Assembly (NCBI GenBank): GCA_040900055.1
Contig: JBBDZU010000002.1
Coordinates: forward strand, 127,725 to 191,724
From: Candidatus Saccharimonadales bacterium
GTDB taxonomy: Bacteria > Patescibacteriota > Saccharimonadia > Saccharimonadales > UBA10212
Direction: 5' to 3'
DNA length: 64,000 nucleotides
Notes under the pieces: generated by a model
What the model was told of the DNA's origin: nothing
The model's input: only the letters and a program-made list of their open reading frames with translations
Database searches by the model: none
Made by a program: the position numbers and the translations under genes
Shown: positions 54,027 to 62,814 of the stretch, in pieces
How the letters are laid out: each line of letters starts with the position of its first letter
Numbering within the stretch: the stretch's first letter is position 1

Positions 54027-56275
54027 TGCGCAAGCGACAGCAGGGAATGGCATCGATAGTCATTATTACGGTACTAATTTTAATTATTAGCCTTATTACT
54101 ATAGGTTTTGCTAGGATTGTTAGCCGTTCGACCCAAAATGCCGTCAATAACCAGCTGGCTACGGCGGCCGATTACGCTGCCCAATCCGGCGTTAATGATG
54201 CCATTTCTTATCTTAAAGCCAATCCTACGGCGGATGCCGAGGATTGCAAAGATTTAATAGGCACATCAGGAAGTCCTGGTCCGCTTTTTGACTCTTCTAA
54301 CCTTTCCGGCGACAGTACCCGCACCGCCGAATACACCTGTCTTTTAATAAACCAGCGTCCCGCCGACCTTATTTACCAGCAGTTGCCACCGGCTAAATCC
54401 CAAGTTATTAAAATGACCACCTCGGCCCCACCAGCCGACATGATGGTCTCTTGGCAAAGCACCGATAGAACCAAAAGGGCATTGCCGCCGCCTTCGGCTA
54501 ACCCGCCGCTAGGTAATGTTACCCAGTGGAACTCGTCTGGTTATGTCCCTATGATGCGCCTAACGTTTTATCCTATCGGACCCGGTGGCTCTATGCCCGG
54601 CGGCGGGGAAGATTCCAAAACCTTCTTTTTATACCCAACCTCGGCTGGCGGCACCGTAACCGCTGTACCTTACTCCACGGCGGATGGTTCTCTTAAAACT
54701 GTTAACTGCGGCGCTAAAATTAGCCCAGCTTTTAGCGGGTCAGCCGATTATGACTGCAACGTTATAATTTCTAACCTTTCGGCGGCGGGTCCAACGGACC
54801 ATTTTTATGTTCGTATAACGCCAATTTACGGGCAGTCCGACGTTAAGTTAAAGGCCCAAGCCGCTAGCGGCCAAGCCGTACAATTTGTGGGTGTCCAGGC
54901 GGTCGTGGATGTTACTGCCAGGGCTAACGCTACCGCCAAGCGTTTGCAAGCGCGAGTTGACACTAACCCAGCCTTTAACATTAGCCCCACAGACGATGCT
55001 TTTCCAGAATATGCTTTGCGGTCGGCGACATCTATCTGTAAACGGTTAGTTGTAACTGGTTCTAAAGCTTCAATTGACGGCGCTTATTGTAACCTTACTT
55101 TATCGCCGCCACCTCCGCCGACGGTCACAACCGGCAATGCTACCAACATAGGCGATAGCTCGGCTACGCTAAATGGCACTGTTAACCCTAATCGCTATAA
55201 CGTTACAGCTTGTTACTTTCAATACGGTACTACTACCAATTATGGTTCGCAAACAAACTGCTCACCCTCGCCGGGAGCAGGGAACACGGCGCGGGCTGTT
55301 AGTGCTGGCGTTGGCAGCCTTACTTCTGGCACCACTCATCATTTCCGCCTCTGCGCCACCAACGTGAATGGGACGTCCTGCGGCGATAACGTTTCCTTTA
55401 AAACCACCGGCACGCCACCACCTCCGCCAGCACCTAGTTTTACCTTCAGAGCCGATTCTACGACAGTAGCTTCTGGCAGCTCGACTACTTTACGTTGGAC
55501 TACCAGCAATGTTACCTGGTGCTGGGCTACCGGTGATTGGGGCGCCGACTGGAAGAATCCAGGGGGGGGTAGCGAATCCACAGGTAACCTAAAAGCATCC
55601 AAAACCTATACGCTCAAGTGTGGTAGGGATGGAGTAGAAGCACCTGCTCAAACTGTTACTGTGTCAGTCTCTAAGCCAACTATTGTAGTCGATATATTTA
55701 AATACTCTCCGAAGTGGTATGGAGTTAACGATCCTAATATCTCGCAAAAGTGTCGCCAAGATGATGTAGAGAATGGAGTTCAGCAGCACCAGTACCTTAT
55801 ATGTGTTAGTTTCCGTGCCACTCAGACGGATGGCGGTACTATAGTTGGTCCGGAGGGGCAACGCAGTAGACCATGTAGAATGACATGGCGAGGTGATGAT
55901 GGATATCAGGGTACAAAATCAAATTATCTTACAGTTTTTGAAACAGAGCGATCATTCGGCGTGCCTTCTAACCGTCATGTTGGCGGCTCCGTAACTGTTC
56001 AATGCACCAACTACGAACTCAATATTACAGGTCTCGATAGCAAGTACATTAAACCCTATAATTGCAATCTTCAGCCTGATGGGTCTTGCTACGACCCACC
56101 ACCACCAAGTTGCCCATATGGGGGGAATTACCCTAATTGTAATGCGCCACCTCCTCCACGTCGCACATACACTCTTCACTGTCATCGTGAAGGCAGGTCA
56201 GGGATATACTACAGACATTGGAGTGATGGAAGTCCGGAGACAAGGGATGGCAGTTTTTGCTTTTATGCGGAGTAA
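54023..56275 (+). CDS. large PilX-like minor pilin / putative tip adhesin
   Basis: Start MMRKRQQG|MASIVIITVLIL, with an ATGA overlap. FN3/Ig-like segments are separated by poly-Pro linkers. Cys-rich C-terminal module. Confidence 0.7.
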   Translation: MMRKRQQGMASIVIITVLILIISLITIGFARIVSRSTQNAVNNQLATAADYAAQSGVNDAISYLKANPTADAEDCKDLIGTSGSPGPLFDSSNLSGDSTRTAEYTCLLINQRPADLIYQQLPPAKSQVIKMTTSAPPADMMVSWQSTDRTKRALPPPSANPPLGNVTQWNSSGYVPMMRLTFYPIGPGGSMPGGGEDSKTFFLYPTSAGGTVTAVPYSTADGSLKTVNCGAKISPAFSGSADYDCNVIISNLSAAGPTDHFYVRITPIYGQSDVKLKAQAASGQAVQFVGVQAVVDVTARANATAKRLQARVDTNPAFNISPTDDAFPEYALRSATSICKRLVVTGSKASIDGAYCNLTLSPPPPPTVTTGNATNIGDSSATLNGTVNPNRYNVTACYFQYGTTTNYGSQTNCSPSPGAGNTARAVSAGVGSLTSGTTHHFRLCATNVNGTSCGDNVSFKTTGTPPPPPAPSFTFRADSTTVASGSSTTLRWTTSNVTWCWATGDWGADWKNPGGGSESTGNLKASKTYTLKCGRDGVEAPAQTVTVSVSKPTIVVDIFKYSPKWYGVNDPNISQKCRQDDVENGVQQHQYLICVSFRATQTDGGTIVGPEGQRSRPCRMTWRGDDGYQGTKSNYLTVFETERSFGVPSNRHVGGSVTVQCTNYELNITGLDSKYIKPYNCNLQPDGSCYDPPPPSCPYGGNYPNCNAPPPPRRTYTLHCHREGRSGIYYRHWSDGSPETRDGSFCFYAE

Positions 56276-56279
56276 GTTC

Positions 56280-56981
56280 ATGAAAAGAATTGCATTAAAG
56301 TTACCTAAAAGCAGTCAAGTGAAAAAGCATATCGCCATTATTCTCGTGATCTTTTTAATAGGCGCATCTATAACAGTTGGTATTTTTAGGAGTAACAGTA
56401 AGACCCCTACTGAGCAAACGACGGAGGCCTTCCTACAACTTTATCGCCTTACAGGATCAGGGGTAGGCAATGGGGCAACCTTTAAACGGCCAGATGGTTT
56501 TAGCGAACTTAAAGAGTGGAAAGGCCCCGATCAAGTACTTTTATATCAAACTGAGAATAATGAATCGCAACGTCTTCTAGGCTTTATAGCTCTCTCTATA
56601 TCTAATTTTACCGAGCCGATACCCGCCGATGGGTTAAAAGAACTCAATGATATTATGACCAATTCTGAAAATTCATTTCATGAAGACCATATAATGCAGC
56701 TAGAAGAATTAATTACTAGAAATCTTGGCTCTACCTTCGATACAACTATCGATATCCCTAAAAAAGTCACACTAACAAATATTAAAAATCATGTTTGGGG
56801 GTCAGAATTTAGTGCAAATTATATAGCTACGAAGACCTATGCTCCAATTAAAGGAAAAGTTATCTTAGCGGTCGGGGAAAAAACATACTATTACTTTATG
56901 GTAGGCGCAGTTGATTATAATTGGCATGCTAACCAAGAAGTGTGGTCACGGGTGATAAATAGCCTAAAAATAGATCAATAG
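56280..56981 (+). CDS. membrane-anchored hypothetical protein
   Basis: MKRIALKLPK... followed by one TM segment. AT-rich. No family recognised. Confidence 0.45.
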   Translation: MKRIALKLPKSSQVKKHIAIILVIFLIGASITVGIFRSNSKTPTEQTTEAFLQLYRLTGSGVGNGATFKRPDGFSELKEWKGPDQVLLYQTENNESQRLLGFIALSISNFTEPIPADGLKELNDIMTNSENSFHEDHIMQLEELITRNLGSTFDTTIDIPKKVTLTNIKNHVWGSEFSANYIATKTYAPIKGKVILAVGEKTYYYFMVGAVDYNWHANQEVWSRVINSLKIDQ

Positions 56982-57097
56982 ATAAGGCATACAATCCATT
57001 GATGGTTTAGTCAATATATGTTATTATATTAGCAGTCCTGCTCTTTAATTTTCCTTCAAATAGTCGCTGGACTGGCGACATTACAAAGGAGCCTCAA

Positions 57098-58045
57098 ATG
57101 CGATTGGTGCTGTTTGCTGTCCTCGCAGCTTTGGTCACAGCCCTCGGCGGTGGCACTAGCGCGTACGGGCAGCTTACGGTTGCCTCTACGCATGGTGCTG
57201 TCGTTACCACGAACTGCACGGTGAACACAGTCAAGTTGTCCGGCGCGCGAATTACCTCAACGGGTCGTTGCGTGCGTCTAGGCCGGACCGTGCCTTCCAA
57301 GATCACGTACAGCTTCGTTCAGACCGACTCGGACGGCTATGGTTGCCCGGCGGTGAAGGGAACGGCTCTTCGGAGCCGCTTTTCTCTTACTCCGGCAATC
57401 GGATCTTCGGTGACGATCAAGGTTCGCTACCTGCCCTCCGGCAAGTACGGTCGGCTCGTGAGCCGCACCAAAACCTTCCGGTTCAATCCGGAGAGGTCGA
57501 ACCTGCAGTGCGGCAGACTGGGATCCTTGGGTCTGCCTGATCCAGCCAGTCTCTGCGACCCCAGCATGTGGCCCAGTGCTAGCTGGAACTCGCCCCTCGT
57601 TCACTGCGGCCGACCGGTACCCGGAGGCTTGGGTTTTGCCCAGATGCCACGCTTGGTAGAGGGTCGGTTGGATCTAGGGCCTATAGCGAGCGCTTCTGGC
57701 GCTTGCGTATGGCGGCTGGACGACTTCCCTGGACCGTATGTCGATGACGAGGGAGTGTTCTCCTGGAACGCGCAGTACCTCTACTGCCCTAAGGATGGAG
57801 TAGGGGGTACCATCTTCCTCTGGGGCTATGAGATCTACAGCGCTACCGGCCGCCTATGCACATTCGGCTACACGAATCCGGCGAGAATGTTCGTGCTAAC
57901 AGATCGGGCAACTCGTTGGCGTGGACGTCTGAACGTTCTAATTAGCCTCGGCTCCTACAAGTCCTATTTCTTTGAGAGGAAGTTCATGGGTGCGGAGTAT
58001 GTAACCGCGAGCTTCCACCTCGATGGGACGGAGGAGCCCTGCTAA
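57098..58045 (+). CDS. secreted Cys-containing hypothetical protein, GC-rich foreign gene
   Basis: 315 aa. Signal peptide MRLVLFAVLAALVTALGGGTSAYG. AAAGGAG SD. About 58-60% GC. Confidence 0.6.
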   Translation: MRLVLFAVLAALVTALGGGTSAYGQLTVASTHGAVVTTNCTVNTVKLSGARITSTGRCVRLGRTVPSKITYSFVQTDSDGYGCPAVKGTALRSRFSLTPAIGSSVTIKVRYLPSGKYGRLVSRTKTFRFNPERSNLQCGRLGSLGLPDPASLCDPSMWPSASWNSPLVHCGRPVPGGLGFAQMPRLVEGRLDLGPIASASGACVWRLDDFPGPYVDDEGVFSWNAQYLYCPKDGVGGTIFLWGYEIYSATGRLCTFGYTNPARMFVLTDRATRWRGRLNVLISLGSYKSYFFERKFMGAEYVTASFHLDGTEEPC

Positions 58046-58067
58046 AGGGCAAAGAACTGGGACGAGT

Positions 58068-58105
58068 CCCGATGGGCGTCCGCCAGCTGGCGGACGCCCA
58101 TCGGG
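58068..58105. repeat. perfect 38-bp palindrome
   Basis: CCCGATGGGCGTCCGCCAGCTGGCGGACGCCCATCGGG. Its core CCGCCAGCTGGCGG also occurs at 50885-50898. Confidence 0.95.
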
Positions 58106-58130
58106 CACAAACAACTTAAAGTTTTTCGAT

Positions 58131-58151
58131 ACACCCATACTGGGTGTTTTT
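58131..58151 (+). terminator. rho-independent terminator
   Basis: ACACCCA-TAC-TGGGTGT followed by TTTT. Confidence 0.6.
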
Positions 58152-58239
58152 AAATACCTAAAACCCTTCACATCCTTTTGTCCATCCCCCCACTTCATGT
58201 CCGATCGGACGCAAAGCGGGATTATTAGGCATTCAGAAC

Positions 58240-58743
58240 CTAAGCCGGAGGATATAGCCTAACTGACTCGTGAACTTCAACACAGTCTCTTAGGTTCAGC
58301 TCATCAATAATATCAATAAGCTCGCTCCTCAAATCATAACCGCTAATCCAAACACTTTTTTGTACTTGCCTAAACCCCCATTGGCGCAACAACGTTCTAA
58401 AACTTCTCCTCGCCGCAGCTCTTGTTTCCGGTACATCAAAAATGACCATCAGGGAGGCTCTGTTGCCCAAGGTGCTGGCCGTAAAAGGTACAATCTTGCG
58501 TTGACCCGACTTTGATAACCTTGGCTTATCCAGCTGTTCAATAAGTCCGCTTTTTACGCCTCTATAATAAGCTTTCTTGAGTGTTGATTGTTTATATTTA
58601 GAAATTTTCTCTAGCTCCTGATAAAACATTCGTGGTTTAAAACTGAGCAGCATGTTTGGTTTAGAGTAGGGAATTAAGGCAATCAATACATAAACCAAGG
58701 GCGAGCGCTCTCTTAACAATCTTTTGTTTGCCATTATTCTCAA
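58240..58743 (-). CDS. PaaX-family / Cas2-like-fold domain protein (orphan)
   Basis: 167 aa. LMVIFDVPETRAAARRSFRTLLRQWGFRQVQKSVWIS matches the ferredoxin-like motif shared by the PaaX C-terminal region and Cas2. No CRISPR array or other cas genes are present. Confidence 0.5.
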   Translation of the reverse strand: MRIMANKRLLRERSPLVYVLIALIPYSKPNMLLSFKPRMFYQELEKISKYKQSTLKKAYYRGVKSGLIEQLDKPRLSKSGQRKIVPFTASTLGNRASLMVIFDVPETRAAARRSFRTLLRQWGFRQVQKSVWISGYDLRSELIDIIDELNLRDCVEVHESVRLYPPA

Positions 58744-58804
58744 TTATCCCAAAAGTTGCTCGATCGGACAATATGTGGGAATTGTTGAGCTGTTTTGGGA
58801 AATT

Positions 58805-58828
58805 GAAAAAGCCCCCAAAAAGGGGGCT
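58805..58828 (-). terminator. rho-independent terminator of the SGNH hydrolase gene
   Basis: On the minus strand: AGCCCCC-TTTTT-GGGGGCT followed by TTTTT. A second GC hairpin lies at 58851-58875. Confidence 0.65.
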
Positions 58829-58884
58829 AGATTCTTCTTCTGATAGACTCAGGCGGGCTTTTTAGGGCCCGCCCGAGATTCTTG

Positions 58885-60114
58885 TTAGCCGATGATGGCC
58901 TTGGTTACAGCCTTGGCGATAGCGACTTCGCCCTTTACCAGCGGGTGGCCGCAACGAACATCGCGGATGCAGAACGGATTTACCTGGAACATCCATGAGT
59001 CGGCACTACATAGCTCATGGCCGTCCAGATCGTCCAACACCGAGACGTAGTTCACGCCTGCAGCCTTGGCTGCTCTACGTTCAACTGCGTCAAGCCAGGC
59101 AGCTAGGCCATTTAGGCCGATCCGCTCGTTGTTGTCCAGCCAGCTGCAATTAACGGCCAGCTCCCGGCTGGAGGGGAAGATCCGCGGGTAGCCCACCACG
59201 TAGACCTGGGCCCGCGGCGCGGCCTTCTTCAGGTCCAGGAAGGCCCTCTTCAGCCGTGGCTGAAGCTTTCGGATGGTGGTCTCAGCCTCTTCCAGACGGC
59301 TGAAGCGCTTACCCGCCGGGGCGGCTGCACAACTGCGAAGCAAGCAGGTCCTAAGCACGGCACTAAAGCCGGCATCGTTGCCGCCAATGGTGACGGTAAC
59401 AATGGTCGGGTTGGCCGCCCGCACGCTTTCCAGCTGAGGCGGTTCCCCCTGAAAGGAACCGTAAAGAGCCTGGATCTTGGCTCCCGCGCAAGCGGCCGAA
59501 GATTCGATGAGCGGTTGCTCCTGCGAGCCTTGGAAGAGGAAGTGAGGCCAGGCAGCGGGACTGCGCCGGCACAGGCCCCCCCTCAACTCGTCGTAGTACG
59601 GCGGGTTAGCGGCAGCGGTGGAGTAGGAGTCGCCAATGGGCATGACGACTTCTGTGGAATCGGTGTCAATGCCGCTATAGTCTGGCTCAAACTCGAACCA
59701 GTAATCCACCACAGCTTGCCCGCAGTCAGTTTGGACGATGGCCCAAACACGGCGATCGCCCCATGAGGCCAGCTGACCATTTTGAGCACCTAGCAAGGTG
59801 AATTCTTCCGGCGAAGACTCGTCGAAGTAATACGAGCCGGCGTTGTTCTCGTCATACAGCGAGGCGTAGCCCGTACCGCCTTTACGGTAAACCGTAAAGG
59901 TGAACGGCTGGAGCCAGAGCGGGAACTGGTCGCGGTAGTAGTTGTCGTAACCGAAGTCCCAGACTTCCGGCGGCTCCGAGCAATGACTGCTCGATTGCGC
60001 CGAAATGGCCACCATGGCCTCGGCCGGAGCAGGTGCCCCCGCCGTAGGTGCGACAACGGCCGCCGCAACTATGCCGACGGCCCATATCCGCTTGATCCCA
60101 AACAACGGGATCAC
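58885..60114 (-). CDS. secreted SGNH/GDSL hydrolase with N-terminal unknown domain, GC-rich foreign gene
   Basis: 409 aa. GDSYS (block I), GGND (block III) and D..GHP (block V). Signal peptide. About 60% GC. The start is GTG at 60114, or possibly TTG at 60105. Confidence 0.7.
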   Translation of the reverse strand: MIPLFGIKRIWAVGIVAAAVVAPTAGAPAPAEAMVAISAQSSSHCSEPPEVWDFGYDNYYRDQFPLWLQPFTFTVYRKGGTGYASLYDENNAGSYYFDESSPEEFTLLGAQNGQLASWGDRRVWAIVQTDCGQAVVDYWFEFEPDYSGIDTDSTEVVMPIGDSYSTAAANPPYYDELRGGLCRRSPAAWPHFLFQGSQEQPLIESSAACAGAKIQALYGSFQGEPPQLESVRAANPTIVTVTIGGNDAGFSAVLRTCLLRSCAAAPAGKRFSRLEEAETTIRKLQPRLKRAFLDLKKAAPRAQVYVVGYPRIFPSSRELAVNCSWLDNNERIGLNGLAAWLDAVERRAAKAAGVNYVSVLDDLDGHELCSADSWMFQVNPFCIRDVRCGHPLVKGEVAIAKAVTKAIIG

Positions 60115-60226
60115 CTCCTCTTTAAGTTGTCGAAGGGCTAATCTAGAAGAAGATCTTAAGGCAAGCCTACATCAACAGCTTGGAATTCTCAAGCAATAGC
60201 GGCTTTGGGCTTTTTAAGCTTAAGTT

Positions 60227-61138
60227 TTACGGTTTTCGGTGAAACTTCTCGTGAACGGCCTTTAGGTGCGGGTCGGTAACATGAGTATAAATTTGGGTAG
60301 TAGCAATGTTGCTATGGCCTAACATAGCTTGCACACTGCGCAAATCCGCGCCATTCATTAATAGATCGGTAGCAAAGGAGTGCCGCAATGTATGGGGACT
60401 AACGTGTTTAGTAATTCCAGCAAGTTTGGCATAGCGGGCGACCATCCTCTGGACACTGCGGGCAGTTAACCGGGCAAAATTACCAGATTGATCGACTTTT
60501 TTCGAGCCGCTATAGCGGATAAATAGAGGTTTGGAGTTATCTTGACGCTTGGCCAGATATGCTGAAATCCATTCAGCCGCCTCGGGACTAATAAAAATCG
60601 GTCGATCTTTTTGGCCTTTGCCGCGGACCATAAACTCCCGCCGCCCTAAGTTGATATGGTCGCTATCTAGGCCAACTAGCTCGCTAACCCGTAGGCCGCT
60701 GGAAAACAGCAGCTCAATGATAGATCGATCACGCAAACCAGCCAGGGTAGAGGTATCGGGCTGGGAAGCTAGCCGCTCTAACTCATCTGGTGTTAAAAAG
60801 GTAACTTGAGGCCGCTGAATACGGGCTAACTCTATCTTATCGGGTGCCAAAGCCGCCATTTCTCGCTTGGCGCAAAAGCGCAAAAAACTACGAAGGGCAA
60901 TAAGATGGTAGTTCTGGGTGGTTTTAGATAGTTCGTCAGAGGTATTAGTGCCCAAACGGTTAAGCCAAAGCCGCCATTTACGGATAAGCTCTACATCTAT
61001 ATCGGCTAACTTTATATCGCCGGCAAAGTCGGACAGCCTGGTTAAATAATGGCTGTAGTTGGCAATAGTTTTAGAGGAGCGGTTTTGCTCTAGCTCCAAG
61101 TACTCTAAAAACTGCTCAACAGCCTGCTCATAAGGCAT
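60227..61138 (-). CDS. tyrosine recombinase XerC/XerD family
   Basis: 303 aa. The R..HxxR..Y catalytic set is present (RHSFATDLL, GHSNIATTQIYTHV). Confidence 0.88.
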   Translation of the reverse strand: MPYEQAVEQFLEYLELEQNRSSKTIANYSHYLTRLSDFAGDIKLADIDVELIRKWRLWLNRLGTNTSDELSKTTQNYHLIALRSFLRFCAKREMAALAPDKIELARIQRPQVTFLTPDELERLASQPDTSTLAGLRDRSIIELLFSSGLRVSELVGLDSDHINLGRREFMVRGKGQKDRPIFISPEAAEWISAYLAKRQDNSKPLFIRYSGSKKVDQSGNFARLTARSVQRMVARYAKLAGITKHVSPHTLRHSFATDLLMNGADLRSVQAMLGHSNIATTQIYTHVTDPHLKAVHEKFHRKP

Positions 61139-61226
61139 GAATATAGTTTACAGCCTATGGTTAGCAGTGAATAGGCATAAGCAGTTTGAGTAATAGAATT
61201 GTTCATTTTGCCTGGCTCTCGCTATC

Positions 61227-61235
61227 TGTTAGAAT
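61227..61235 (+). promoter_or_regulatory. extended -10 promoter (TGTTAGAAT)
   Basis: Lies 27 nt upstream of the GIY-YIG gene ATG. Confidence 0.4.
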
Positions 61236-61261
61236 AGCTTCGTCCGCCGAAACTTTTCATT

Positions 61262-61525
61262 ATGCGTTATGTCTACGTCTTACACAGCAAGAAAGATAAT
61301 CAATTCTATATTGGTTCTTCTCATAATGTCAGGAAGCGTCTTAAGGAGCATAATGATGGGAGAGTACCGGCGACGCGTGACAGAATCCCGCTAGAAATCA
61401 TCCACTACGAAGCTTTTGCTAATAAATACGATGCTTTCTTTCGCGAGAGATGGTTAGAAACTGGCTGGGGCCGTAGATACTTAAGGAAATCGCTACATAA
61501 TAAAATGAAAAGTTTAGGCGGATAA
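61262..61525 (+). CDS. GIY-YIG nuclease superfamily protein (UPF0213-like)
   Basis: 87 aa. YVYVLHSKKDNQFYIGSSHNVRKRLKEHN motif. Confidence 0.85.
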   Translation: MRYVYVLHSKKDNQFYIGSSHNVRKRLKEHNDGRVPATRDRIPLEIIHYEAFANKYDAFFRERWLETGWGRRYLRKSLHNKMKSLGG

Positions 61526-61526
61526 A

Positions 61527-62078
61527 ATGGAAAGAACCTTGGTTTTACTTAAGCCTGATGCCTTACAAAACGGCTTAGTAGGCGAAATTATCACCCGCTT
61601 TGAAAAAGCTGGTCTTAAACTAGTTGCTACCAAAATGGTCTGGCCCAGTGAGGACTTAGCTAACCAGCACTACCCTAAGCATAGACAAGAATTTATTAAA
61701 GGTATGGGCCATAAAACCCTAGAAAGCTACCAAGAAGCCGACCATAACCCGCAAGATAACTTCGGTACGGACAATCCTCATGAGATTGGCCTCCAACTTC
61801 AAAAGTGGTTAGTGCATTTCTTGGTATCTGGCCCGGTAATCGCTCTAGTACTGACCGGCCCCAAGGTAATCTCTGCAGTTCGTGACATTGCCGGCCATAC
61901 TATTCCGGCTAAGGCCGAAAAGGGCACAATTAGAGGTGATTATTCTGATGACTCAGCTATAGCTGCCAACAAGGAAAGCCGCTCCATTAAAAACCTTGTG
62001 CACGCCTCTGGGGACAAAGAAGAAGCCGAGTTTGAAATAAAACTTTGGTTTTCCGAAGACGAACTCCACTCGTATTAG
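61527..62078 (+). CDS. ndk: nucleoside-diphosphate kinase (long form)
   Basis: 183 aa. ERTLVLLKPD motif and the NLVHASG active-site His region. Confidence 0.88.
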   Translation: MERTLVLLKPDALQNGLVGEIITRFEKAGLKLVATKMVWPSEDLANQHYPKHRQEFIKGMGHKTLESYQEADHNPQDNFGTDNPHEIGLQLQKWLVHFLVSGPVIALVLTGPKVISAVRDIAGHTIPAKAEKGTIRGDYSDDSAIAANKESRSIKNLVHASGDKEEAEFEIKLWFSEDELHSY

Positions 62079-62112
62079 GTTATAGTTTGTAGGTTGTAGG
62101 TTACAGTTTTAG
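62079..62112. repeat. heptad array, complement orientation (GTTATAG TTTGTAG GTTGTAG GTTACAG TTTTAG)
   Basis: Reverse complement of the CTAYAAM motif. It starts at the base after the ndk stop, 11 nt before tRNA-Arg. Confidence 0.8.
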
Positions 62113-62123
62113 AATAGATTAGC

Positions 62124-62198
62124 GCCCCTGTAGTTCAATGGATAAAACGGCTCCGTCCTAAGGAGAAGCTAGAGGTTCGAATCCTCTCGGGGGCACCA
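62124..62198 (+). tRNA. tRNA-Arg (anticodon CCT)
   Basis: Acceptor stem GCCCCTG/CGGGGGC. Anticodon loop GTCCTAA. T-arm AGAGG-TTCGAAT-CCTCT. Encoded CCA. Confidence 0.85.
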
Positions 62199-62209
62199 TA
62201 GCCTTTACC

Positions 62210-62238
62210 CTAAACCATAAACTCTATAACCTATAAAC
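62210..62238 (+). repeat. degenerate heptad array (CTAAAC CATAAA CTC TATAAC CTATAAA C)
   Basis: G-free tract running from 12 nt after tRNA-Arg up to the ATG at 62239. Confidence 0.7.
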
Positions 62239-62814
62239 ATGAGCACTGCAGAAGAAACAGACAAGGCCAAACCCCAAAAACCAAAGCATAAATACTTCAA
62301 AGAACAGTTCGATGACGAAGAGGTACTTTTAGTCTTTCGCAAACACCCGATTGTTATGCGAAAAGGGCTGTTGTTAGCCTCTTTAGCCTTACTAGCCGGC
62401 GCTGTGCCAGCCTTTATCAAACCGGAGCCTAGTTTTTTCTTTGGAGGGCTTGCCGCCGGGCTGATAGTCGCGGCAGTTGTTATGTTTCCTTTTTGGGTGC
62501 GTTGGTATTTTAGCGTCTATATTTTGACCAATCAGCGCTTTATCCAGCAAACCCGCAGCCTGCTTCAAGTTAATGTAGTAGACATTGGGTTGGACCAAAT
62601 ACAGATGATAAACTACCAGATCGCCGGCTTAGAACAGACCATGCTGGGCTTTGGTACAATAGTTGTGCAAACTTACGTGGGGGATTTGGTTATACATAAT
62701 GTGCACCGTCCGGCGCGCATCCAGAAGAAAATGGTACACATTTTGCGTGATCTAGGCATAAATCCCAGCCAGCGTCCCAGCGCCGGCCAGGAGCCTAAAA
62801 TTATCGAATCATGA
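62239..62814 (+). CDS. bacterial PH-domain (YdbS/YdbT-like) membrane protein
   Basis: 191 aa. EEVLLVFRKHPIV, then two TM segments, then a bPH-like segment. Confidence 0.6.
   Translation: MSTAEETDKAKPQKPKHKYFKEQFDDEEVLLVFRKHPIVMRKGLLLASLALLAGAVPAFIKPEPSFFFGGLAAGLIVAAVVMFPFWVRWYFSVYILTNQRFIQQTRSLLQVNVVDIGLDQIQMINYQIAGLEQTMLGFGTIVVQTYVGDLVIHNVHRPARIQKKMVHILRDLGINPSQRPSAGQEPKIIES

Noticed and set aside
57938-58262. ORFs of 86 aa (-) and 79 aa (+) spanning the 38-bp palindrome
   Set aside because: Both strands give the same DGRPPAGGRPSG peptide simply because of the palindrome. The region contains a terminator and no RBS.
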